The notes under the pieces are model-generated. The model was not told the origin of the DNA. It saw only the letters and a list, made by a program, of their open reading frames with translations, and ran no database searches. Below are positions 39,254 to 54,298 of a DNA stretch of 64,000 nucleotides, in pieces. The stretch's first letter is position 1. Every line of letters starts with the position of its first letter. Origin of the DNA: Selaginella moellendorffii. Taxonomy: Eukaryota; Plantae; Lycopodiophyta. The stretch lies in contig NW_003314324.1 in NCBI RefSeq assembly GCF_000143415.4, positions 348,011-412,010 of the forward strand, read 5' to 3'. Made by a program: the position numbers and the translations under genes.

Positions 39254-41007
39254 ATGACGAAGGCGTTGCACCTCGCCATTCTCTCGGCCGCATGCACCTT
39301 CTTCTCCGGATTCCAAAACGTTGCCATTTGTTCTTGGCTCCAGCCATTTCTCCTCTTGCATTTCTTCCTCAAGTCAGGGATTTCGCGCAATTCTTGCTCA
39401 TGGCGCTCCGCGGCGCTCACAATTCTCCTGGCGCTCCTCCTCCAGACCACCGCCGCGAGCCTGGCGTTCCTGGCATTCTTCCCGGGAAAGGTGAGACCGG
39501 ACAGCTCCACGGCCAGCAGCGTGCCAATTGTGGGAATAATCTGGGCACTGGCGCTGTGGGTGTTTCTTCTCCTCCCATTCCTTGCAAGCATCGGCTACAG
39601 GAAGCGTTTTGATCGAGCAAGAACGTCCCAGCCGCTGGTATTCGCGTCGATCTGGACCACGGCGTGGTTCCTGTGGAACCGATTCGGCGGCGTCGGAGCC
39701 CTCCTCCATCCCGCCGTGTCGCAGGTGACAATCTTGCCCCTGGTGATGAGCGCGGGCGTGTGGGGGATGGATGGGATCGCATTCCTCATGGCGTGGTTCT
39801 CGGCGATTCTCCACGACAGGACCGTTCTCGACGAGTCTCTTCCCAAGATGGACAAATCCGACAAGAAGCGTGCTACGCAGCTGCATCGCGGCCACTCCCT
39901 GGCGTTTGGAGCCATTGCCCTCTCGACCTTGTTCTACGGCAGCGCCAGGGTCTCGGTCTTCTCGGGCGATTTCTTCCAGAAGGACATCGCCCTCACGATG
40001 AAGAAAACAGTGCCGGTCTCTTGCGTCCTGGGCAAGCTCCTCGTCTACGAGGACATGGATGTGATGCTCAACCGGACGAACCAGCGCCTCCGAGCCGGCG
40101 ATCGACTGGTGCTCTGGTCCGAGGCTGCTGTGAAACTCCACCTCAAACAGGAGAGGGATTCTCTCCAATTCAAAGCCGGACAGATCGCTTCCCAGCACGG
40201 CGCCTACGTTGGCATCACTTACGAGTACAACGACGCGAGCACTGGAAGAGTCGGGAACTATTTCGACCTCGTTCTTCCCGATGGCTCCATTGGTTTTAGC
40301 TACAGGAAAGCCCACTTGGTTCCATTCGCGGAGTCGTATGTCACTCCGGGGGATCCCATTCTTCCTGCCATCGACACCGAGCTCGGCCGGATTGGAGGAG
40401 CGATTTGCTTCGACTTCGAGTTTCCAGACCTGATGCGCCAGGCCGGGGAAAAGAGGTAGAGCAAACTTTCAGTATGGTAGCCTAGAGTTCCAAGTTTTTG
40501 GTGGTGCTTTGGCAGGATTGATATCATGCTCCAACCAGCCGAGACTTGGGGAGCAACCGGCCCCCGGGTGAAAGAGGCCGATGCCTTCCGTGTCGTGGAG
40601 AACGGCTTTAGCTGGTTCCGATGCTCCACGGGAGGCGTTTCAGGGGTTGTCGATCCGTATCTCCAGACATTCGACTACAGGTGCGACAGTGTTAGATCAA
40701 TGTTCGGCTGTGATATTCTTTTGGTTTCCCTTCGCTTGACAGGGAGGGTATCTCCGACTCGGTCTTCGCCATGGCGCTCCCAATACTTGGGAAGGCGTGG
40801 ACGCTTTACCCCAGCTATGGCTGCCTTTTCGCGTGGCTAGTGGCAGCGCTCGCTGCGGTACACGTCTCCATGCTCTGCCTCCCTCTTGGAGCAGTGATGT
40901 ACATCCTTGACAAGTCCCCGCCCGCCTTTGTGTTTTACATCACTGGTGACCGATCGTTCAAGGAGTTTGAGAAGTCGGAGCTAAGTTGCGTGCTGCTGGG
41001 CGAGTGA
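39254..41007 (+). CDS. Apolipoprotein N-acyltransferase (Lnt)-like membrane nitrilase-superfamily enzyme, ~543 aa; exons 39254-40455, 40516-40680, 40743-41007
   Basis: Multi-TM N-terminus; triad motifs LWSEAA (E290), YRKAHLVPFAE (K352) and AICFD (C385); RVVENG, SGVVDPY, and TLYPSYG followed by a final TM. Exons total 1632 nt in frame. Confidence 0.82.
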
Positions 41008-41232
41008 TAGCGATCGCTATCCATCGTGCACACGCTGCCGACGCTAATACATGCGACCTTAAGATTCCTGTGACGCAGGCAGTGGAGCCCAATGCGTGGG
41101 CCAATGTATATAAAGCACCGGTAATACGAGGGGACCGACACATTAGAGAACTCCTTGCATTGAGTAGAGCTTCAATCGCTCCTTAGGTGGGAGCGCAAAG
41201 AATCTACGCTTTTTGGATGTAGCGGCGCAACT

Positions 41233-42675
41233 TTAGGCCAGATCTTTGGAGGGATTCAAGGCCCCAGAGAGCAACACGTAGGCGTTGGATCGCGTCGGCT
41301 GGAGCGTCACGGAATGCTTCGCTGCAAAGCGCGCTGGCTCATTGCTGGCGTGAACTTTACTCGCTGACAAAAGTGTCATCCAGGCCGTGGATTCGGGGCG
41401 GAATGGCATGCTGGAGACGAGCTCCTGGGCTTGCTTGAGCTCGCCGGAGCGACCCAAAACATCGATCAGGCAGTGGTAGTGCTCGGGCAGCGGGGGGATT
41501 TCCCAGTCCCTGGTCATGGTCGAGAAGTATTTCTTCCCTCGGTCCAGGAGCCCCACTCGGCTGCACGCCGCCAAGACGCTCACGAAGCTCAGGGCGTTGG
41601 GTATGATGCCCTCCATCTCCATCGCTCCGAAGAGCTCGAGAGTTTCGTGCCAGTAGCCATTCTGGGTGTTGCCTTGGAGCATTGTGTTCCAGGTGACTAC
41701 GTCCTTCTCGGGTATGGAATCGAAGAGGAGCATTGCTTCTTTCATCCGGCAAATGTGAGCAAGGGCTTGGAGTGCTGACGTCCACGAAAGGTGGTCTCGC
41801 ACTGGCATGGATTCGAACAAGGTCAAGGCTTGTTCTAGATGCCCGTTTTGGGCATATGCCGAAAGCATAGCGTTCCACGAGATAAGATCCGCATAGGGCA
41901 TGTTGTTAAACACTTCTCTAGCTTCTGAAATACTGCCACTGTTTGCAAGAATTTCTATCATGATTGTGCTTGCAATGACGTCCTTTTCTGGCATTTTATG
42001 GAAGATTACCTTTGCTTCGTTACAATGCCCAGATTTGCCATAAGCAGCTATCATCGCCGTCCAGCAAGTTATGCCGTCGTCCGGCAATCTATCAAACATA
42101 GATCGCGCCTCTTCTAGTTTTCCATGCGATGCGTATGCAGCGATCATACAGTTCCATAGAACGCTGCTGTGTTCTGGAATACCATTGAAGAGTGAACTTG
42201 CCGTGTCAAGATGCCCGTTTTGAGCATATGCTGTAACCATGGCATTCCAGGAAACTATGTGTTTTTCAGGCATAGAATCAAACACTTTCCTAGCCATCGT
42301 AATATGTCCTGCTTGTGAGTATGCTGTGACCATTGTGGTCCATGAAATGACGTCTCTCTGTGGCATTTTTTCGAACAGACAGCACGCTTCCTCTAGGTGC
42401 CCATTTGAGGCAAATGCTGAGATCATTATATTCCATGAGAAAATGTTGGGATAGAGTATGGCGTCAAACACTCTTTTTGCATCTTGGGCGCTGCCGCACT
42501 TTCCATACATCTCGATCAGAAGGTTCGCAAGGTATCTGTCTGATCGATGTTGCTCAGATCCCAGGATCTGAGAGTGGACCTCCTTTGCGCGGAATAAGTC
42601 GCTGGAACCTCCAAGGGATCTGATAAACTGTACGTAGAAGCTGCGTTGTAGACACATAGAATGTATGAAATGCAA
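41233..42675 (-). CDS. PLS-class PPR protein rich in short (S) motifs, ending in an E-type extension, no DYW
   Basis: 480-aa ORF with ~31-aa repeats 'A..F..MP..D..SW..M..AY...G' and HYHCLIDVLGRSG...MPF.P...AW.TLLSA. Confidence 0.9.
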   Translation of the reverse strand: MHFIHSMCLQRSFYVQFIRSLGGSSDLFRAKEVHSQILGSEQHRSDRYLANLLIEMYGKCGSAQDAKRVFDAILYPNIFSWNIMISAFASNGHLEEACCLFEKMPQRDVISWTTMVTAYSQAGHITMARKVFDSMPEKHIVSWNAMVTAYAQNGHLDTASSLFNGIPEHSSVLWNCMIAAYASHGKLEEARSMFDRLPDDGITCWTAMIAAYGKSGHCNEAKVIFHKMPEKDVIASTIMIEILANSGSISEAREVFNNMPYADLISWNAMLSAYAQNGHLEQALTLFESMPVRDHLSWTSALQALAHICRMKEAMLLFDSIPEKDVVTWNTMLQGNTQNGYWHETLELFGAMEMEGIIPNALSFVSVLAACSRVGLLDRGKKYFSTMTRDWEIPPLPEHYHCLIDVLGRSGELKQAQELVSSMPFRPESTAWMTLLSASKVHASNEPARFAAKHSVTLQPTRSNAYVLLSGALNPSKDLA

Positions 42676-43245
42676 TATTGAAAATGGTCACCAAGCTTCT
42701 TCCATCCCCTCAAAGCGGATTCATAGCAAATTGTCTTCACATTTACTACAAGGCATAAAGTGGATATTGCAAAACGTAATCATAAAGTGCCCAGCAAATG
42801 CCAAGGTTTGCAAAAGTATTGTGTATCTGCCTTGCACAGGGTGCAGATCATCAGTTTATTCGAAGAAACGCCACGCGTTGCAGTACAGCTTCAGCTGAGA
42901 GGCTGGCGTTTTAAAGAACACATGAATCATAGCTCCGTACATGCAAAAGAAAAAAAATGAAATAAAAACTGCAAAGCTTACTTCCCAGCAAAGACGTATT
43001 GATCACCATAACAGTTCAGCCTTTGCGAATTTGGCCAATCCGGGGCTGTGCGGCAAGCCATGCTCTTTTACTTTTCAAATGGCGTTAACATAATCGTAAG
43101 CTCACATTTTACATGCTCTGAATATGCTCCTGAGAAAAAGAGTGCCCAGATAATTATGCGCTCTTTTACATTGGTCCCTTTTTGCTAGAATTGTATATAA
43201 AGGGTTTCAGACCCTGAAAATTTCGTCCAAGTCTAGCTCGAAGCC

Positions 43246-44031
43246 ATGGCGGAGGTGGCGAAGTTCGTAGAGCAAGTGATTATCAAGCTGGCCAATGCTG
43301 CTGAGGAGGACATGGAGCTTAACAGACAATCCAAGCCGGCCACCAGCAAGCTCAAAATGCTCGAATTTTTTGCTGGAGTGGCTGAGAAGCGATCCTACCA
43401 TGCCCACTTGTTTGATAAGGGTGTCTTGATGCTTCTTGCTGCTTGGCTCAAGCCGCTTCCAGATGGGTCACTGCCCCATGCCATGATTCGCAGCACAATC
43501 TTCACAATCTTGCTTGAGAAGATGCCGATCGATTTGGATGATGAGACGAGAAAGAAGCAACTTGCATGGAGTGGCCTGGGCATGCTGGTGAGGTATTATT
43601 TAGAGCACAAGGAAGAGACACAGGAGAATAAATTGCTGGCCAAGAGGCTCATTGAGAAATGGAGTCGCGTGATCTTCGACACAGGAATTTGCCAGAGCAA
43701 GGTCGTCCACGATGAAACAATTGATAAGGTTTCTTCTCCATCGAAAAAGCGACCAGCAATAGCGATTGTGGAAGAAAATCTGGATCTCAGGGAGAAGCCA
43801 TCTCCAAAGAAGAGAAGAATTCCACCAATCACAGCTCCCCAGCCCATGACCATGAATTTCTCGATTCGTCCGAAGTCTAGGTTTGATGGAGAAGCGATTA
43901 GAGAGAGTATAATGCAACGTGAAGCAATGGAATCCAAGAGGGCGAGGATAAACAAGTCCATGAAGCGACTACACGATGCCAACAAGAGAAGGCCCAGAGT
44001 CATGGGGGGCCGAGGTGTCCTCCTAATGTAA
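43246..44031 (+). CDS. IWS1: IWS1/SPN1-like (TFIIS N-terminal domain) protein, short and intronless
   Basis: AAEEDMELNRQSKPATSKLKML, WLKPLPDGSLP, SGLG, ETQENK.LA..LIEKWSR and P.P..M.F.IRPKS. TATA-like 'tatataaa' at ~43194. Confidence 0.82.
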   Translation: MAEVAKFVEQVIIKLANAAEEDMELNRQSKPATSKLKMLEFFAGVAEKRSYHAHLFDKGVLMLLAAWLKPLPDGSLPHAMIRSTIFTILLEKMPIDLDDETRKKQLAWSGLGMLVRYYLEHKEETQENKLLAKRLIEKWSRVIFDTGICQSKVVHDETIDKVSSPSKKRPAIAIVEENLDLREKPSPKKRRIPPITAPQPMTMNFSIRPKSRFDGEAIRESIMQREAMESKRARINKSMKRLHDANKRRPRVMGGRGVLLM

Positions 44032-44386
44032 GAGATGTTCTCTGCTTGAGAGATCAAGCTAAGACTTGGTAACTATGAGAATGTTTTTAAAAGGTGCCAA
44101 TCTTACATTGGTTACATCGATTTTTGCGCATCGAAAATAATCATATTCATTCATTCATTCCTGTTTTACAGCCTTGGAATTTTCTTGCCGTACAATATTT
44201 AGTGACCGAACTAAGAACATAATACGAAGAATAGAAACGCTGCAACTAGAAAGAATCCAAGAACCAAGATCTCGACGGATGGAACCACATACCTTGGACA
44301 ATCGAAGCGATCATCGGTTGATTCTCGCTCGGAACAAAACTTTGATCCTCGCGCGCGCGATCAACACCTGCAAAACAGCACAAGCA

Positions 44387-44472
44387 GCACGCTCCCTACG
44401 CAGGTATTAACCTGTTCAGGTGCAAAGGGACTCTCTCAGCCTGTCCCTGAGACGGACAAGCACCCCTGGTGC
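44387..44472 (-). ncRNA. TPP riboswitch aptamer in the THIC 3' UTR
   Basis: Minus strand GCACCAGGGGTGCTTGTCCGTCTCAGGGACAGGCTGAGAGAGTCCCTTTGCACCTGAACAGGTTAATACCTGCGTAGGGAGCGTGC. P1 GCAC/GTGC, CUGAGA and CCUGA-CAGG-UAAU-CCUG-CG-AGGGA consensus; ~270 nt after the THIC stop. Confidence 0.97.
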
Positions 44473-44743
44473 TACCACTGTCAGCAATGCAAAATAGCGA
44501 ACCTTCAAACTTATAGAGCAAAAACGAAAGAGAAATCTAGCTACACATGCGAGAGCACCACCACTTATTCCCTACAAACCAAACCAAACACTACCTTCAA
44601 ACTTGATCGTCATCTTCTCCAGATCCAAATCCTGGCACTCCTTTCCTTGGCGAGATCACCTACAAAGACAAAGCTTTCAAGCAACTGAAGAAAAGAAAGA
44701 AAAACTTACCTTGTGAGACAAGATGATCTTTGGTCCATCGCTC

Positions 44744-46812
<2,069 letters not shown>

Positions 46813-46981
46813 CGATCGAGCTCGAAATATCCCAAAATGCCAAAGTTCCCTCTCTCTTTAATTGGAGGGAGAAATATCTATGCCAACCTTTGCTCGTACA
46901 CATTTCTTTGACCGTACACATCACGTTCTATATAAGCGCTTATTTTCAAATGGAATGATCGTTCCGTCTCCCCATTTCTCT

Positions 46982-48688
46982 TCAAAACCTGTTCATGCCG
47001 AGTGAAGAAAAACTTTGCTGCTGCTGCTGCTGCTGTTGCTGCTGTTGCTGCTGCTGCTTGGAGGAATTTCCGCTGCTCGGCATTCCAACTGCGTCGTGCG
47101 ATTGGAAGCTCTGATGGTGCCGGTGATGGTGGTGGTGAACTTGATGAGCCGCTTGATGAGGCTGCTGCTGTTGATGAGCTTGAGCTTTCGGCGATGGAGA
47201 CCCTCCATCGCTGGCAGCAGAGGTTAGAATGTATTGAGTGTTTTGAGTACCGATAGCTGTCGAGGCAGATGATCCGGCCGAGAGTTCGTAGCTTGTTGGA
47301 GACTTTGTCCATGCGTCTGATGACAGAAGAGAGAGAGCACGGCCTGAGTCGAGCACGGGGCTTAGTCCTCCGCCGCCTCCCCCTCCACCCCCGCCCGAGG
47401 AGGAGGAGAGCGAGAGTTTCATCTGGTCCGGCTTGGCCATGCTGCTGTTTGACGCCGTGATGGCTGCTGCTGTTGTCGACGACGACGAGGAGATCGTCGG
47501 GAGGCCGGTTGGTCTCTTGGAGTTTTGGAGCAGCAGCAGCAGCTTCTCCGGGGAGAGGTTCTCCACAAGCTGTTTGCTGAGGAACTGGTCGCGGCCGAGG
47601 CGTCCCCAGGCGCCGGCGCCGTAGCCGAGAGCGTGATCGCTGTGACTGTCGACGATGATCGAGGAGCCGACGCCGAGCCTTTGGTAAGCAGCTGGCCAAA
47701 GGAGAAAAAGCAACGTCAGCCGAGATAAAGCAGCGAAGTTTATATGAACTTCACCTTGGAAGCTAGCGTTTCCCATGTTGTAAGCAGCTAGAGCGTCGGG
47801 CTGTGGCTTCCTCCGGCGCTCGTTGTGCCCCTGGAGACGTCTCCGGCAGCTCCGTTTCCCCTCGTCAAACTCGGGCAGCAAGTGGAACCTGTGAGAGCAA
47901 GACCAGAGTGTGTGAGCCAACTAATGATTGTAAGGAAAGAACCAGCAAAGAATTCGTTCAAGCAAGAGAGAAAAGAATAAGAAACGAGAAAAATCGCTCT
48001 CCTGGCACACAAAGCTTGCAAGCAAGATCGAAGAAAAAAAGAGAAAAGCATAAGTATGGAGTGATGGAAAAAATCTCTCCTGACACTTCCACTCACGCAC
48101 TGACCTGCTGCATTGCTGACAGAATCTTTGCTCCTGGCCATTGACAGTGTTCTTGGGAGTCTTGGAGTGGACTTCGCAAACTTTGTGGCGGCGGTGGTAG
48201 TCCTTGGAGCCGGAGAGATCCGCCTGGCAGCCCTCGACTTGGCACTTGGGAGTGACGCTGGTTTGCGAGCAGCCCCGCCCCTTTTTGGCCGGAGGAGTTG
48301 AGGATGGAGGAGGCGTTCCGGCCGCCGCTGGCGCTGGCGACGCCTTTTGCTCCTCGTAGGTCCTCTTGCCGAGCTTCAAGGCCATGGGAGACGAGGAATT
48401 CGCCGCTTCTTTCGTGTCCTCGTCCATCTCCTCCCAAGATCGCGCCTGCGCTCCGCCCGGCGAGGATTTGCCGGGGCTGTAGCCGCTGATGCCGCTGCTG
48501 CAAAACCCTAACTCCTCCCCGGGATTTCTCGGCGCCTTGACGGATTTCCACTCCCAGGGCTGCTGCTGCTGCTGCTGCATCTTACCTCGGTCCGCGTCGC
48601 CGCTGGCCGGGGATTTCGATCCTCCTGCGCTGGTCTTGGACGGGGAGAGCGCTGCGGGAGAATAGGAGGGAGAAGAGGACGACGCCAT
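46982..48688 (-). CDS. SPL: SQUAMOSA promoter-binding-like transcription factor; exons 48688-48105, 47888-47755, 47691-46982
   Basis: SBP domain CQVEGC...[11 protein letters not shown]...QRFCQQCSR|[27 protein letters not shown]; LKLGKRTY motif; RALSLLS. Confidence 0.95.
47321..47345 (-). promoter_or_regulatory. Overlapping miR156 and miR529 target site in the SPL CDS
   Basis: Plus strand TGACAGAAGAGAGAGAGCAC (miR156-type) overlaps AGAAGAGAGAGAGCACGGCCT (miR529-type), so the mRNA carries their complement. Confidence 0.93.
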
Positions 48689-49027
48689 TCCTTTCTCTTT
48701 CTTTTTTCTTCTTTTCTCTTCTCTGGTTGGTTTTTGTTTTCTCTCCCCTGTTGTTGGTGTGTGTACACTAAAATTTTAAATGGCGAATATTGTATTAAAT
48801 ACAGGTAAGAAATTGGCAGCACGATTTCTGGATTGGTGGAAATGCTGCATTCCTATTGGACGCTGTAAAGCCCATGAACCGCTTTATACCGTTCCGGGCC
48901 CGACACGTGTCCGTATGGGACAGCACGGATGGGTGCCACCGGCCCGCCTGAGTGGAGAATATTCCTGTTTATGGGATTACATTAACTTAAATCTATGTTA
49001 AACCATGACCTAATTTGTAATCTTCTA

Positions 49028-50970
<1,943 letters not shown>

Positions 50971-51126
50971 TAGTTGATCACTAAATATTGTACAATGTAA
51001 AACAGGAATGAATGAATGAATTTGCAATGTAAACCTTTTACATTCTCATAGTTTCAAGTGTATAAAATCTTAGCTCGATCTGTCAAGCAAAGAACGTGTC
51101 TTACATTGCAAAGAACATCTCTTACA

Positions 51127-51883
51127 TTACGAGGACACCTCAGCCCCCATGACTCTGGGCCTTCTCTTGTTAGCATTGTGTAGTCGTTTCATGGACTTGT
51201 TTATCCTCGCCCTCTTGGATTCTATTGCTTCACGTTGCGTTATACTCTCTCTAATCACTTTTCCATCAAACTTAGACTTTGGACGAATCGAGAAATTCAT
51301 GGTCATGGGCTTGGGAGCAGTGGTTGGCGGAATTCTTCTCATTCTTTGGCTTCTCCTCGAGATCCAAATTTTCTTTTACAATCGCTGTTGTTGGTTGTTT
51401 TTTTTTATGGAGAAGAAATCTCACCAATTGTTTCATTGTGGACAACTTTGCTTTGGCAAATCACTATGTCAAAGATCACATGTCTTCATTTCTCAATCAG
51501 CCTTTTAGCCAACATTTTATTTTTATATGTCTATTCTTTGTGCTTTAAAAAATATCTTACCAACTTGCCCAACCAACTCCACACTAATTACTTCTTTTTT
51601 CGTCTCATCATCCAAATCAATTTGCATTTTTTCAAGCAAGATTGTGCTACGAATCATGGCATGGGACAATGACCCATCTGGAAGTGGCTTGAGCCAAGCG
51701 GTGAGAAGCATCAAAACATTCTTATCACACCTGGGCATGGTAGAATCGCTTCTCAACCACTCCAATGAGAAATTCAAGCATTTTCAGCTTGCTGGTGCCC
51801 GGCTTGGATTGCCTGTTTAGCTCCACAGCAGCATTGGCCAGCTTGATAATCAGTTGCTCTAAGAACTTTGCCACCTTCGACAT
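51127..51883 (-). pseudogene. IWS1-like pseudogene (inverted copy of 43246-44031)
   Basis: Broken ORFs LTAWLKPLPDGSL and PKPMTMNFSIRPKS, with frameshifts, stops and many transitions. Confidence 0.9.
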
Positions 51884-52047
51884 GGCTTCGAGCTAGACTT
51901 GGACGAAATTAATTTACAACTTCAGGGTCTGAAATCCTTATATACAATTCTAGCAAAACGGGACAAATGTAAAAGAACGCATATTATCTGGGTTTTTTTT
52001 TTCAGGAGCATATTCAGAGCATGTAAAATGTTTTGAAAAGTAAAAGG

Positions 52048-52440
52048 CGCTTGCCGCAGTCCGCCGCTAGTTATGGCGCCAGTGAGGTCGTTGTGGGAGA
52101 CGTTCAAGTAGTTCATGTTCTTGAGCGCCAGGAATTCCACTGGAATCTTGCCGGTCAAGGCGAGATTCAGCGTCTTCAAGCTCGTGAGATTGGCGAGGCT
52201 GGGAGGGATGGCGGCAGTGGAGCGCCGTGAGTTGGCCAAGCTCTGGTGGATTTTCCCAGTGATGCGGTTGGAGCTGAGGCTCAGCACTGCGATGCATTTC
52301 GTCTTGGATCATTGTTGGAGAACCAGCTCGGGATGGCTCCTGTGAGCTGCGACGAGATCGATCCGGACCCTCCCAAGTCGAGAACTTCCAGATGACGCAG
52401 CTTAACCAAAGGCAGGAGGTACGGGACCATCCACGCCATT
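52048..52440 (-). pseudogene. Deleted fragments of the secreted LRR gene
   Basis: LSLSSNRITG...TGKIPVEFLALKN..YLNVSHN.LTGAI matches the C-terminus of 54299-56458. Confidence 0.8.
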
Positions 52441-52479
52441 ATCTCGTTAAAGATTTTGTACTACACATCCACATCGACC

Positions 52480-54050
52480 AAGTGAAAATAACATCACGTT
52501 GAAAGAAATAAAACTCCTCTCCTAGTAATGCTACTCAAGAATTCAGTCGCATGCAATGCCATGCTAGCCGGATATTCCCACGCTGGCAAAGTTGAGCAGG
52601 CAAGTGTCTATTTGACAAAATGTCAAGTTGGAGTTTAGTATCGAGGAGCTCACTGCTGTATGCCTATGCAGGATCAAGAGATATGGACTTGACACGACGA
52701 TTTTCGATAATATACCATATCAGCAGCTAGTTTCCTGGAACACCATGCTTGATGCTTATGCCCGAAACGGGTATATGGCATGGTCATGTTCCATGCTAGA
52801 AAAACTTTTCAGAGAAGAATGGATTTTCTTGGGATGCAATGCTCACTTGCGTGTACCCAAGCAGGGGATTTGGTTTCTGTATTTGAGTTGTTTCACAATA
52901 TGCAGATGGCCGGCATTTACAATTAAGGTAGATTTGTCTCAGCTCTTAGTGCTCACGGCCAAGTTGGTAGTGTTGAATGTGCTAGAAGTTACTTTGTGTT
53001 TCGATGGCTTTTGATTGTGGCATTCAACCATGTCACCATCATTACTCCCGCATGATCGATGGCTTGGCAAGAGCTGGTTACATTAAGAGAACTGATCACA
53101 AACATGCAATTTGGTCCCACTTCTTTGGATTGGCTGTGCCCCTTAGCTGCATGTCGGCACCTCATTGCTGTGAGCAGCAGAGCCATGTATCCTCTCTTGG
53201 CAAATGTACGGGCATAGCATTGATAGAATCTAAAGAAAACCAAAAACTGCTGCCTAGATTATGTTGTCAAAGTTTTAAGACTCGAAGTCAAACTCTTAAC
53301 AATTGCATTTCAAATTCAAATAATTTTGTCTTTATTGTCAATCATTCTATGTGTCTACAAATGACGCCTTGCTGTTCAGCAGACAAAGTAGGGAATATGT
53401 CTGATTCTATGCGAATATGCTCAAAACTTCAAAAGCATAACTAGAAGGCGATCAATGTTTGATAGATTGCCTAATGACTATAGCTGCGATGATAGTTACT
53501 AACAATATGGAGGCTAGTGACCTACAACAATCTTGGTTGCCTTGTCGCTACACAGAACAAAGTTATTTTTTTATGCAATGCCGCAGCACGATCTCGTCAC
53601 CTGGACTGTGATGCTTGGCGCATGCGCACTAAACGAGGATGTTGAATTTTCCACAGATGCCTGAGATCGAGCAACACCGTCATGCAATGCTACATGTTAG
53701 ACAATCAAAGCTTATATTTGACTCCATGCCGCAGAGAGCTCTCTCGTCGTGGACAACAATGCTCAATGTTCTTGCCAAGAACAGCACCGGGGAGGAAACC
53801 AAGAGCTTTTTCTATCAAATGTTGCTCTCACAACCATCAAACTTGGAGCTTGTGAAGGCCACCTTTGATCAAATGCCGCAGCAAGACTTGTGCATTTGGA
53901 ACTCTATTCTTTCGGCGTAAGCTATCATGGAGCTCCACAAGAGTTGGTCCCTATCAAAAAAATTCCTTGATGCCCTTCCCGGGAAAATGCAGATATTACA
54001 AGCGACAACGTTGCTGTGAAAGATTAAAGCAACTTCACGTAGTTTACTAG
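52480..54050 (+). pseudogene. PPR pseudogene fragments
   Basis: Interrupted PPR motifs: LVSWNTMLDAYARNG, HHYSRMIDGLARAG, FDSMPQR..SSWTTML. Confidence 0.8.
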
Positions 54051-54298
54051 CTAGAGGTAGAACGCATTTAACATTGTGTTGTTCGACGAGGCCTCGGGCA
54101 TCTCGTTAAAGATTCTTAATGTAAAGTCACAATCTCCTGATCGGGCATATGCAGAAGTAAGCGCCACAGCCAAATGCAAGCCATCGATTCTCCAAACTCT
54201 TCGTGCTTTGCATCCATGCAAACAGCCACAAAGGCAGAAGGGACATTAATTAATTAATTAAAAGGCAAAGCCATTTTGAAAGTAGAAGTCCGCCATTT

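Noticed and set aside
47321-47340. MIR156 gene on the plus strand
   Set aside because: No fold-back partner nearby; it is the complement of the target site in the SPL CDS.
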